A DNA stretch of 15,342 nt. Source: Bdellovibrionia bacterium (GTDB taxonomy: Bacteria; Bdellovibrionota; UBA1018). The notes under the pieces were generated by a model. It worked only from the letters and a program-made list of their open reading frames with translations. It was not told where the DNA came from and ran no database searches. Location: positions 1 through 15,342 of the forward strand of contig JBMSSC010000061.1 in NCBI GenBank assembly GCA_049424145.1, written 5' to 3'. Shown here in pieces: positions 1-7,728 of this stretch. Every line of letters starts with the position of its first letter. The first letter of the stretch is position 1. The translations under genes and the position numbers were made by a program.

Positions 1-39
1 TCTGATCTGTTCAAGAATATTTGCCAGAAGGCGGCTTGA
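1..39 (+). CDS. 3' end of a truncated ORF (...SDLFKNICQKAA*), possibly TnpB or a TnpB derivative
   Basis: Frame 1 is open from base 1 to TGA at 37-39, directly upstream of the IS200/IS605-like right end. Only 12 codons are visible, so identity rests on context alone. Confidence 0.3.
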   Translation, partial: SDLFKNICQKAA

Positions 40-209
40 ACGTGAAAGAGAAGACTGGAGTCCAAAATTTAGACTGTCTCTCGGAGACACTGTCGAACTG
101 CGGTGGGTAATGACCATAGCGGTGTAACTCCTGAAAGTTTGTTCAGGAGCGATTCGGACATGAATCGCCTTCGGGGAATCTTCGGCGTTCACGCCGGAGA
201 GGATGTCAA
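1..209 (+). mobile_element. Right (3') end of an IS200/IS605-family element, truncated at the window edge
   Basis: GGAATC-TTCGGCG-TTCA-CGCCGGA-GAGGATGTCAA at 175-209: GAAT (176-179), a 9-bp subterminal hairpin (179-187/192-200) and terminal TCAA (206-209). This matches the IS608-type right-end layout (guide GAAT, cleavage site TCAA). Confidence 0.75.
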
Positions 210-230
210 CCATGGACGCTAACTTTAGCA
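40..230 (+). ncRNA. Putative TnpB omegaRNA/reRNA (scaffold ending at 209, guide about 210-229)
   Basis: Serial hairpins TGTCTC/GAGACA (75-89), CTCCTGAA/TTCAGGAG (128-149), GCGATTC/GAATCGC (149-168) and the right-end hairpin (179-200). In TnpB systems the omegaRNA is read across the right end into flanking DNA. The 5' boundary is uncertain. Confidence 0.6.
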
Positions 231-335
231 GAGATTTTTTTTTACCGAAGAAAAAGATGAACCGATGGGGAAAACGGGCCACCCTAAGCCAACCTGGGGT
301 TTGAGCAGCAACTCGAGAGAAAAAATCGGATGCAG

Positions 336-377
336 AAAAAAAACCGGGGTGAAATCGGTTGCCCCGAGATCACCCCG
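336..377 (-). terminator. Intrinsic terminator of the foldase gene
   Basis: Minus-strand stem CGGGGTGA/TCACCCCG with inner TCGG/CCGA pairing, followed by 8 U, about 35 nt downstream of the stop at 411. Confidence 0.85.
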
Positions 378-410
378 AACGAAGGAAAATAAGTTCCTCT
401 TAAAAATCGA

Positions 411-1244
411 CTACAGCTTTTCTACGGCTTCTGCATTCACACGAATGGAAGCTTGAGATCGAAGCTGCTCCGTGTAATCGCGCACGAGCTCATTTCGAAG
501 CGCATCTCGGACATAAAGTTCCACTTCAGCAAACTCAAGGGGTTTACCTGGCTTTTTATCCAGCACCTTAATGATGTGGTAACCATACAAGGTTTTCACT
601 GGCCCTGTGACTTTCCCGTTTGGAGTTAAAAAAGCAGCATCCGTGAACTCGGCCACCAGCTTGTCATGACCCACGTAGCCCAGATCTCCTTGATTGGACT
701 TCACGCTCGGGTCTTTTGAATGCTTCTTGGCGAGCTCCATGAAATTTCCAGGATTATCCTGTGCCATCTTTTTTACCAGATTGGCTTCTTTTTCGTCTGA
801 AACTAAAATGTGCTGCACATGCACCTGAGTCGTGCTGTAGCGATCACGATGCAACTCATAGTACTTTTTTAAACTCTCAGGCGTGATCTTCGAGGCCAAT
901 TTCCGCTCTAATAAGCGATTGACCATGGCTTGCTTTTCAAAAACAGAAATCAGATCTCTAAAATCGGCGTCTTCATCGAGCTTAAGCTTCTTGCCTTCTT
1001 GAGCCAAGATCTCTTGATCAATCAGCGCCTGAAGGGCTTTTTTTCGAAACTGAGTGTCTTTTAAAAGATTCGATTTTTGACCTTCGTTTAAGTTGCTGAG
1101 CGAAAGGGTGAGATCCCGATCTGAGATCTTTCGGTCATTCACCACGGCTAGCTCTTTTGAATAGGCCTGAGGCGCTCCCAAAGAAGAAAGAACGCTCAAC
1201 GCCAAGATTGTACTTAAAACTTTGCAATTTTTTTTATTTGCCAC
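411..1244 (-). CDS. PpiC/parvulin-type peptidyl-prolyl cis-trans isomerase (PrsA/SurA-like exported foldase)
   Basis: Parvulin motifs HVQHILV, FMELAKKHSKDP, GDLGY and GPVKTLYGYHIIKV; N-terminal LAVVND; signal peptide ending near AYS. Start moved from TTG 1274 to GTG 1244, which follows a GGGGG SD-like run. Confidence 0.92.
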   Translation of the reverse strand: MANKKNCKVLSTILALSVLSSLGAPQAYSKELAVVNDRKISDRDLTLSLSNLNEGQKSNLLKDTQFRKKALQALIDQEILAQEGKKLKLDEDADFRDLISVFEKQAMVNRLLERKLASKITPESLKKYYELHRDRYSTTQVHVQHILVSDEKEANLVKKMAQDNPGNFMELAKKHSKDPSVKSNQGDLGYVGHDKLVAEFTDAAFLTPNGKVTGPVKTLYGYHIIKVLDKKPGKPLEFAEVELYVRDALRNELVRDYTEQLRSQASIRVNAEAVEKL

Positions 1245-1320
1245 TTTTTTACCCCCTAGCTTTGTCAACCTCAAGATTCACTCTTGCACTATTTTGCTCA
1301 ACACACCGGACCGAACTCTG

Positions 1321-1350
1321 GACTGATCCAAACTCACGCCTGGATCAGTC
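1321..1350. repeat. Perfect 10-bp inverted repeat with 10-nt spacer
   Basis: GACTGATCCA-aactcacgcc-TGGATCAGTC, 1 nt after the stop of the QEGLA gene; no U-tract on either side. Confidence 0.8.
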
Positions 1351-1351
1351 G

Positions 1352-2644
1352 CTACAAATGATACCTAAATAATTTATCATAATGTTCTTGAACTCGCTTT
1401 AAATCTATCATGTTAAGAAAACTTGAAAAACCCATCCAAACAGATAGACCATTTAAGTCCTTAAACTGTGGCGGAAGGTAGCGCGGTGCGTTAATAATCC
1501 CTTCTTGATACTTTTGATACAGTAATGGGACGTCATCACAGTGCAACTTTCCAACAAATAAAAACGGTAACAACTGCGGCTGGCCCGCTCGAATAGCGGC
1601 CCGCATGAAGTTATAGTTTTCCACAAACCCCCGACAATAGGAAATATCTTTTGTAAAAGGAGCGCCTCCTTCTAACATTCCCCCCCGAAACACTCGCTTG
1701 ACGTTCGATAAGCAATCTTCCTCGGAGTACCCTTCCGTCCGATAAAACTCAAAGACCTCTACAAGATTCGCACCATCTTCGGCCTGATCAATGCCCAAAA
1801 TCCGGTCATTAATTTGACGCGCACGTTTGGGATAGGATCGAAAGGTAAAAATCTCCATGATCACAGCCAATCCCTCTTGAGTGGAGGCACACCGCGGGGG
1901 ACCTTTGGCAAGCCAGCGTGCGACCCGCTGTTGATTTCCATTCTGGGTCGTACCCACATGCACCCATCCTTCATGGACCTCTAAGATATCCACATCCCGG
2001 GAGGAAAACAGGGCGCTTTCTTTCACTTTCACCACATCACCCCCGGCAGAGGCATCGGCCAGAATTCCATCGGAGATCTTGGCCTCCACCGAAGAGTCAG
2101 AAAAGTAAGACCGAAAGCGTTCATTTAAGGTGGCCACCACGTCTTTTGCATCTAAGATTTCGGGGTACTCAACACCTAGCCCCTGGGCATCAATTTTTCC
2201 AAAAATCGAGTACAGCAGCTGTCCTAACTCTGAAATCTTACTCTTCTCATCAAAGAAGGAATCCTTCGGTGACCCATAGAGCTGAGCACTGTACTCCCAG
2301 AACCTCTTGGTACCCCGTGCTTTGAGCATTTCAACGACGTCGATGTATTGGAGCGCAATTTTTTTCAGTAAGTTTCCGATTTCATCGTCTTGGCCCAAAC
2401 TCAGGACAATATCGGCATGAATGGCCTTCAATTCCTCGATCTTTTTCTCAGGATCAAAGCCCATTCCGATCTGCTCATAGTAACCAGGGGTGACCTTGGG
2501 AATGGTTCGATAGTGACTTTTTTTAAACTCAAGCTCCCAGGAAGGATCCCACTTAATCGCCTCTAAAATGCGGATGGGTTTTTGGGCATCCACAATTTTC
2601 TGGGAAAGTCGGCGAATTTTCTCTTTATAGGGTGTCCAGACCAT
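1352..2644 (-). CDS. QEGLA-motif protein (flavohemoglobin expression-modulating / DUF1704 / MATCAP-like metallopeptidase)
   Basis: HEGWVH (HExxxH) zinc motif, TQEGLA motif, RVFRGG and FTKDISY; 430 aa. Confidence 0.9.
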   Translation of the reverse strand: MVWTPYKEKIRRLSQKIVDAQKPIRILEAIKWDPSWELEFKKSHYRTIPKVTPGYYEQIGMGFDPEKKIEELKAIHADIVLSLGQDDEIGNLLKKIALQYIDVVEMLKARGTKRFWEYSAQLYGSPKDSFFDEKSKISELGQLLYSIFGKIDAQGLGVEYPEILDAKDVVATLNERFRSYFSDSSVEAKISDGILADASAGGDVVKVKESALFSSRDVDILEVHEGWVHVGTTQNGNQQRVARWLAKGPPRCASTQEGLAVIMEIFTFRSYPKRARQINDRILGIDQAEDGANLVEVFEFYRTEGYSEEDCLSNVKRVFRGGMLEGGAPFTKDISYCRGFVENYNFMRAAIRAGQPQLLPFLFVGKLHCDDVPLLYQKYQEGIINAPRYLPPQFKDLNGLSVWMGFSSFLNMIDLKRVQEHYDKLFRYHL

Positions 2645-2746
2645 CGTCTTTCAATGGTAACTGATTTTTATACTTATTGTTTATAATAAATAAAAAGAAT
2701 CACGCTAACGCACTGCAAAACAATCTAAAACCTCAGGGTGAGGGAC

Positions 2747-2778
2747 AAAAAAAAAGCCACCCATGAGGGTGGCTTTTT
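2747..2778. terminator. Intrinsic terminator after rpsI (symmetric, potentially bidirectional)
   Basis: A9-GCCACCC-ATGA-GGGTGGC-T5, about 25 nt downstream of the rpsI stop. Confidence 0.92.
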
Positions 2779-2803
2779 CGATGCAATCAAAAGTGATTGA
2801 AAA

Positions 2804-3202
2804 TTAACGTTTCGAGTATTGGTAACGTCGACGAGCTCCAGCCAAGCCGTATTTTTTTCGCTCCACTTCACGGGAGTCACGGGTGAGATGGCCTGCTTTT
2901 TTCAGCACAGCTCGGAAGGCAGGATCGACTTCCAACAAAGCTCGGGAAATTCCGTGCTTGACGGCTCCAGCTTGGCCTGACAATCCACCTCCGTGAACGT
3001 TCACGGCAATGTCAAATCGACCGACTGAAGAGGTGAGCTCCAAAGGTTGCATGATCAACATCCGAGCTGTTGGACGAGGAAAGTACTCTTCAAAAGGTCT
3101 TCCATTCACACGAATGGTCCCTTCATCCCCAGCACGCTGGCGAATGTATACCCGCGCAATCGCGTTTTTCCGCTTGCCCACTTGATGTAGCTGCTTTTCC
3201 AT
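2804..3202 (-). CDS. rpsI: 30S ribosomal protein S9
   Basis: [43 protein letters not shown] and C-terminal QYSKR; AGGAG SD upstream. Confidence 0.99.
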   Translation of the reverse strand: MEKQLHQVGKRKNAIARVYIRQRAGDEGTIRVNGRPFEEYFPRPTARMLIMQPLELTSSVGRFDIAVNVHGGGLSGQAGAVKHGISRALLEVDPAFRAVLKKAGHLTRDSREVERKKYGLAGARRRYQYSKR

Positions 3203-3247
3203 TTCTAAACTTCTCCTTTGAAAACCTTTTCAGTCTCCCTAATGATC

Positions 3248-3760
3248 TTAGGAAGCGTTCTTCCTGGATTTTGAGATCACAGTGTTGCGTGTTGCGCCTG
3301 CTGGCAATTCAACAGGACCTTGTGCCTGATGGGGGTGCTCACTGCCGGCAAAAATCTTCAATTTCTTCATTTGATGTCGAGCTAAACTCGATTTATTGGT
3401 CATTCCCCAAACTGCTCGTCGCAGAATTTCTTCAGGATGACGCTGAAGCATTTCTTTAGCGGTCTTGGTCTTTAAACCCCCGACGTAACCGGTGTGATCC
3501 CGATACAATTTATCGTTCCACTTGTTTCGGGTAAAGACCACTTGGTCTGCATTGATCACCACGATGAAATCACCGGTGTCTGCGTGTTTCGTGTAAGTGG
3601 GTTTGTGTTTCCCAGTCACCACTCGTGCGATGAGAGTCGCAAGACGACCGACGACTTGGTCTCGAGCATCCACGACATACCATTTTGGGGCTTGAGGACC
3701 TTTCGTTTCAAAAAAGTGGGGACCAAACTGCTTCGCCTGATAAGACTTTTGCTGCAACAT
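3248..3760 (-). CDS. rplM: 50S ribosomal protein L13
   Basis: KWYVVDA, GRLAT, GKHKPTYT, DTGDFIVVINA and HTGYVGG; upstream of rpsI as in the canonical operon. Confidence 0.99.
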   Translation of the reverse strand: MLQQKSYQAKQFGPHFFETKGPQAPKWYVVDARDQVVGRLATLIARVVTGKHKPTYTKHADTGDFIVVINADQVVFTRNKWNDKLYRDHTGYVGGLKTKTAKEMLQRHPEEILRRAVWGMTNKSSLARHQMKKLKIFAGSEHPHQAQGPVELPAGATRNTVISKSRKNAS

Positions 3761-3769
3761 AGGGAGATG

Positions 3770-3798
3770 GAATTACAGGAGCCCAGGATTGAAGTCAA
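3770..3798 (-). promoter_or_regulatory. Putative sigma70-type promoter of rplM-rpsI
   Basis: TTGACT-N17-TAATTC (or N15-TGTAAT), ending 9 nt before the ATG; no SD in between (CATCTCCCT). Confidence 0.45.
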
Positions 3799-3841
3799 CC
3801 GCTATTTCGATTATTATTCAAAAATAGGGCGTATAAAAAAA

Positions 3842-4813
3842 ATGAAAAAAACTCAGCCAACCCGCTCTCAGTCTTATCGGCCTGCCAATCCTCTTCAGAT
3901 GCCTCGGTTCGGGGGGATCTGCACGTTTAGCAGACTTCCCTATGTTCCGAACATTGCAGGGGAAAAAATCGATGTCGCCATCTTAGGCATTCCCTTTGAT
4001 GGAGGCACCACGTTTCGCCCCGGGGCGCGCTTTGGCCCACGAGCCTTAAGAGAAGCCTCTGTGCTCTGCCGAAACTTTAACCCCGATTTAAACATCGACG
4101 TCTACGAAAAACTTCAAGTCATCGATGCAGGTGACGTGGCGGTCAACCCCTTAAATCTTGCCACGACGTCCACGCGAATTCAAAAGAAGATCTCCGAGCT
4201 CCATCAGGCTGGCGCTCGCGTCATTAGTTTAGGAGGGGATCACTCCATTCTTCTGGCTTGCTTAAGAGCCGTGCATCAACGATTTGGGGAGTTCACTCTC
4301 ATTCACTTTGATGCCCATACCGACACAGCCGATCAGGCCTGGGGAGAAAAATACCACCACGGCACTCCGATTCGTCGGGCCATTGAAGAGGGCCTGATCC
4401 AAGGACCCAGGATTTTTCAAATCGGGATTCGTGGTCCCTTAAGCGCTTCGGATCAAAACGAATACCTGAGGGAGCAAAAAATCCAAGTCTTAGACATGGA
4501 GTCCTTTCATCAGCCTGAGAAAAGAGATCGCTTCTTTTCAAAAATCCTCAAAACCGCAGGCCAAAAGCCCTGTTACTTGACCTTTGATATTGATGGCATT
4601 GATCCGGCCTATGCCCCAGGCACCGGCACCCCCGTCGTAGGAGGTCTCACTAGCCTCGAGGCCCTGCAATGCGTTAGAAAGCTCCGTGGGATCCACCTGG
4701 TGGGAGCGGACTTGGTGGAGGTTTCTCCTCCTTATGATCAGTCTGAGCTCACCTCGTTACTCGGATCCGCTTTAGTTTTTGAGTTTTTAAGCCTGATGGC
4801 TTTAAAAAAATAA
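3842..4813 (+). CDS. speB: Agmatinase (ureohydrolase/arginase family)
   Basis: PRFGGICTF, RPGARFGP, GGDHS, DAHTD, HGTP, DIDGIDP, PGTG and VEVSP. Start placed at ATG 3842 (MKKTQ) because the ORF-track extension to 3494 overlaps rplM antisense. The exact guanidino substrate cannot be proven from motifs. Confidence 0.88.
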   Translation: MKKTQPTRSQSYRPANPLQMPRFGGICTFSRLPYVPNIAGEKIDVAILGIPFDGGTTFRPGARFGPRALREASVLCRNFNPDLNIDVYEKLQVIDAGDVAVNPLNLATTSTRIQKKISELHQAGARVISLGGDHSILLACLRAVHQRFGEFTLIHFDAHTDTADQAWGEKYHHGTPIRRAIEEGLIQGPRIFQIGIRGPLSASDQNEYLREQKIQVLDMESFHQPEKRDRFFSKILKTAGQKPCYLTFDIDGIDPAYAPGTGTPVVGGLTSLEALQCVRKLRGIHLVGADLVEVSPPYDQSELTSLLGSALVFEFLSLMALKK

Positions 4814-4834
4814 TAAGCTCGACTCAAAGGCAGC

Positions 4835-5539
4835 CTAGCGGCGTGGACCAAAAAGCAGCGTTCCAACGCGAATGTGGGTTGCTCCTTCCTCAATGGCCAT
4901 CCCAAAGTCCTGAGACATTCCCATGGAGAGCCCCCCATGCGTCTTTGACTGAAGCTGACGCTCCAGGCTGAACAGCTTTTGAAATGAGCCCCGGGGATCT
5001 TTCTCAAGATGAGGAATGCACATCAATCCCAGACACTGAAGCTCAGGCTGAGCTTGAAGCGTTTCAGCTAAAGGCAGGAGCTGTTGAGGCAATACACCTG
5101 ATTTCGTAGGCTCTTCATCGATATTCACCTCAATGAACACCTGCAACTGCCCCAAGCGTCCGGATTGCCGCCAATTTCGTGCCAATTCGCAGCCGAGCTT
5201 CACTGAATCCACAGCATGCACACTGAACACCCAGGGAATCAGACGCTTGACTTTATTGGTCTGCAAATGACCTATCATATGCCACCGAATCCCCGTAAAG
5301 CCTCGGCTCTCGAGATCCTCTGCCTTGGCCACCAGCTCTTGAACATAATTCTCACCAAAATCCCGATGTCCAAGGCGATACAAAGCCTCAATTTGATCCA
5401 CAGGCTGGTTTTTACTCACCGCAACCAAGACGACGGAGGCCTGAGGACTTTTTGAGAGTTTCAGCCTCTCGGCCATCTCCTTTTGAACCCAGCCATAACG
5501 AGTTGGCAAATCCCCTGAAATTAAAGTGCCCGATTGCAT
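4835..5539 (-). CDS. yggS: PLP homeostasis protein YggS/PLPBP
   Basis: LVAVSK (PLP lysine), FGENYVQE, WHMIGHLQTNK, GLMCIP, LSMGMSQD and GATHIRVGT; overlaps the maf 3' end by 19 nt. Confidence 0.97.
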   Translation of the reverse strand: MQSGTLISGDLPTRYGWVQKEMAERLKLSKSPQASVVLVAVSKNQPVDQIEALYRLGHRDFGENYVQELVAKAEDLESRGFTGIRWHMIGHLQTNKVKRLIPWVFSVHAVDSVKLGCELARNWRQSGRLGQLQVFIEVNIDEEPTKSGVLPQQLLPLAETLQAQPELQCLGLMCIPHLEKDPRGSFQKLFSLERQLQSKTHGGLSMGMSQDFGMAIEEGATHIRVGTLLFGPRR

Positions 5540-6153
5540 GAAAACACCCTCACGTCAAATTTCTCCAAATCAACAACCAATTCGGTCAGAGGAAGACCCA
5601 CCACATTTGTGTAACTGCCCTCAAGGCGCTCAATTAAAGCAGCTCCCCGACCTTGAACGGCATAAGCCCCTGCTTTATCCATTGACTCGCCCATGGCCAG
5701 GTAGCCCTGAATCAAATCCAGCGACAGGGGCCTCATCTTGACCTTGGAAATGACGGCTCTTAAGCACTTTTTTCTCTTTTTTGTCCCAAAACTGAGCAGA
5801 CAATAGCCAGTCAGCACCGAGTGCCACTTCCCACTTAAGCGCTCCAACATCTGCTGGGCATCCAGCTGATCCTTGGGTTTTCCCAAAATCCTCTGACCAC
5901 CCGGAGCCACCACAACTGTGTCGGCAGCCAGAATGACACCCCGATCATATTTTTGAGCGGCTCGGGAACACGCAGACTCCGCCTTTTCAAAAGCCAAACG
6001 CTGAACCAACAACAGAGCCTTCTCACCCGGTCTGATTTTTTCATCCGTCAGCGGAGGCTCCAAGTAACAAAGAAGGCCTATTTGTTTCAATAAATCGAGT
6101 CGTCTAGGAGAAGTCGAGGCTAAAACGATGGGCAAACCCAGTTCATTGCGCAT
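5521..6153 (-). CDS. maf: Maf-family nucleoside triphosphate pyrophosphatase (YhdE-like, dTTP/UTP)
   Basis: LASTSPRR, AADTVV, ILGKP, DKAGAYAVQG and NVVGLP; the R/T/Q signature residues fit the YhdE subfamily. Confidence 0.95.
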   Translation of the reverse strand: MRNELGLPIVLASTSPRRLDLLKQIGLLCYLEPPLTDEKIRPGEKALLLVQRLAFEKAESACSRAAQKYDRGVILAADTVVVAPGGQRILGKPKDQLDAQQMLERLSGKWHSVLTGYCLLSFGTKKRKKCLRAVISKVKMRPLSLDLIQGYLAMGESMDKAGAYAVQGRGAALIERLEGSYTNVVGLPLTELVVDLEKFDVRVFSCNRAL

Positions 6154-6203
6154 ATGACTTCCTACCAGAGTTTTTTAAAAAAAAAATCCCTCTCCAGTCA
6201 GCG

Positions 6204-7178
6204 CTAAAAATAAAACTGTGAAGCTAAAAAGCGAAACTGATTCCGAAAGTCACGGTAGCTTTGAAATTTTCTAAAGAAGACCACCACTTCAGTTTTCACC
6301 TGGTTCTCGCTGATGAACAAAAAACTCGAACCCGTGCGAAACACACTGCCTAACCCCACACCTGCTCCAGCTTGAGACGCCTTCACTTTATATTCTTCTT
6401 GGTGATAGGCCTTGGCGATGTGAGAAAAAAGTCGAGCTTTGTCTAGGCTTCCAAAAAAATCCACCACCGAGAGAGTCAAAAGCTCGCCATCATACGCCAC
6501 ATGGAGCTCGACTGCGGACTGGCCCTCCAGAGCAAAAGAAGTGGAACGAGGAGTGGTCGCATAAATTTGCTTCCCTAAGGCATCCACCGGGGCATCAAAA
6601 ATAGCATTCATCAAGACCTCGTCGACGGCTGAAACAATGGTCATGGCCATGCGACTTTGAAATTTAGCTGCAGCCAAAAAATTCCGGACGGCATCGACAG
6701 CTGCATTTTTTTGAGTGGACTGAGAGAGCTTGATCACCTGCACCTTTGCCCCAGCTTTAAGAAACCGAGGCAGGCCGAAGGCTCGTTCCGCTTGCATCGC
6801 TTGAACGATTCTCCCGTACTGTTCTCCTGACTTTTTTACTTCGCCGTAGTTTCTCATCATGAAATTGGAGAACAGTGGGCTTTGAACCAAATACGGATAC
6901 TCCTCAATTTCCTGAGTGCAGATGAAATGAAAGGAAAGTGAGGCAATCCGATCAGAAAAAATACCAATCTGGGCTTGAACGGCGTCCTCTAAGGCCTGAT
7001 AGGCGGCTTGGCTCGGGATATCCACAAAAACACAGACCACCTCTTCTTGAGCCATCCACTTCACGCCGTCATCCATCTTCTGGGCAACTTTTAGAGTTAG
7101 CCCTGCCGTCATGGCCACTTCAGAGGCAAACTGTTGATCTTCGGCATGCTCGGAGATGAGCAATAGCGTTTTAGCCAC
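6204..7178 (-). CDS. Degenerate receiver domain fused to a GHKL (SpoIIAB/RsbW-like) ATPase/serine kinase
   Basis: N-terminal LLLISEH...VFVD53 receiver-like pattern; C-terminal N-box DEVLMNA, G1-like VVDFFG and G2 GAGVGL; no H-box seen. GTG start with GAGG SD, 11 nt after the STAS-like gene. Confidence 0.7.
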   Translation of the reverse strand: MAKTLLLISEHAEDQQFASEVAMTAGLTLKVAQKMDDGVKWMAQEEVVCVFVDIPSQAAYQALEDAVQAQIGIFSDRIASLSFHFICTQEIEEYPYLVQSPLFSNFMMRNYGEVKKSGEQYGRIVQAMQAERAFGLPRFLKAGAKVQVIKLSQSTQKNAAVDAVRNFLAAAKFQSRMAMTIVSAVDEVLMNAIFDAPVDALGKQIYATTPRSTSFALEGQSAVELHVAYDGELLTLSVVDFFGSLDKARLFSHIAKAYHQEEYKVKASQAGAGVGLGSVFRTGSSFLFISENQVKTEVVVFFRKFQSYRDFRNQFRFLASQFYF

Positions 7179-7189
7179 GGAACCTCACT

Positions 7190-7654
7190 TTATCGAGAAA
7201 GAAACTCAAAATACTCTTCAGGAATATCATCAAACTCAGCATCGCCTCCGCACTTATTGCACTTTAAAAGGGGGATCTTAAACTTCATTTTTTTAATGTC
7301 TTCGCACCTAAAAAGCCCCAATAATTCGGCCTGGCAATTTCTGCAATTAAAAGGAACAAAAATCGACTCCACCAATCCATTACCGCTGAAGTTCGAAATC
7401 AAATTCAGTTGCTCCACGATCGGAGGAGAACACTCAAAAAATCGAAGCTTTGTTCCCTTACTCTGGCAACTTTGAAAGTACTTAATCCAACTTTTAACAC
7501 CTACGGAATTAATCCGACTGATTTCTTTACAATAAAGGTCCATGTTTTGAGGGGGAACGCCGATCTCCTTCTCAAAAACCACATTTTCCTCAATGGACCC
7601 GATCAGCCGAACCACTAGCGTATCGCCTTTTTTTTCTTTAATTACATTAAACAC
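7190..7654 (-). CDS. STAS-like (anti-anti-sigma-like) protein with C-terminal CxxC...CxxC zinc ribbon, copy A
   Basis: LVVRLIGSIEE and RINSVGV (cf. SpoIIAA FMDSSG); CRNC and CNKC. Likely start GTG 7654 (GGAG SD, aligns with the paralog); ORF track gives 7666. Confidence 0.75.
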   Translation of the reverse strand: MFNVIKEKKGDTLVVRLIGSIEENVVFEKEIGVPPQNMDLYCKEISRINSVGVKSWIKYFQSCQSKGTKLRFFECSPPIVEQLNLISNFSGNGLVESIFVPFNCRNCQAELLGLFRCEDIKKMKFKIPLLKCNKCGGDAEFDDIPEEYFEFLSR

Positions 7655-7728
7655 AACGTGCTCCATTTTGAAAAATTTTTCCTAAAATTATAATTTAATT
7701 ATATTTAATATTAAAAACACCAATCAAC

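Noticed and set aside
1..213. Minus-strand open frame from ATG 213 running off the window (MVDILSGVNAEDSPKAIHVR...)
   Set aside because: No recognisable motif or SD, and it lies downstream of the foldase terminator. The region is better explained by the plus-strand IS right end/omegaRNA. Not fully excluded.
265..456. 63-aa plus-strand ORF
   Set aside because: Runs through the terminator hairpin and overlaps the foldase 3' end antisense; no protein-like features.
3494..3841. 116-aa N-terminal extension of agmatinase in the ORF track
   Set aside because: Antisense to rplM; ureohydrolase similarity begins only after Met at 3842.
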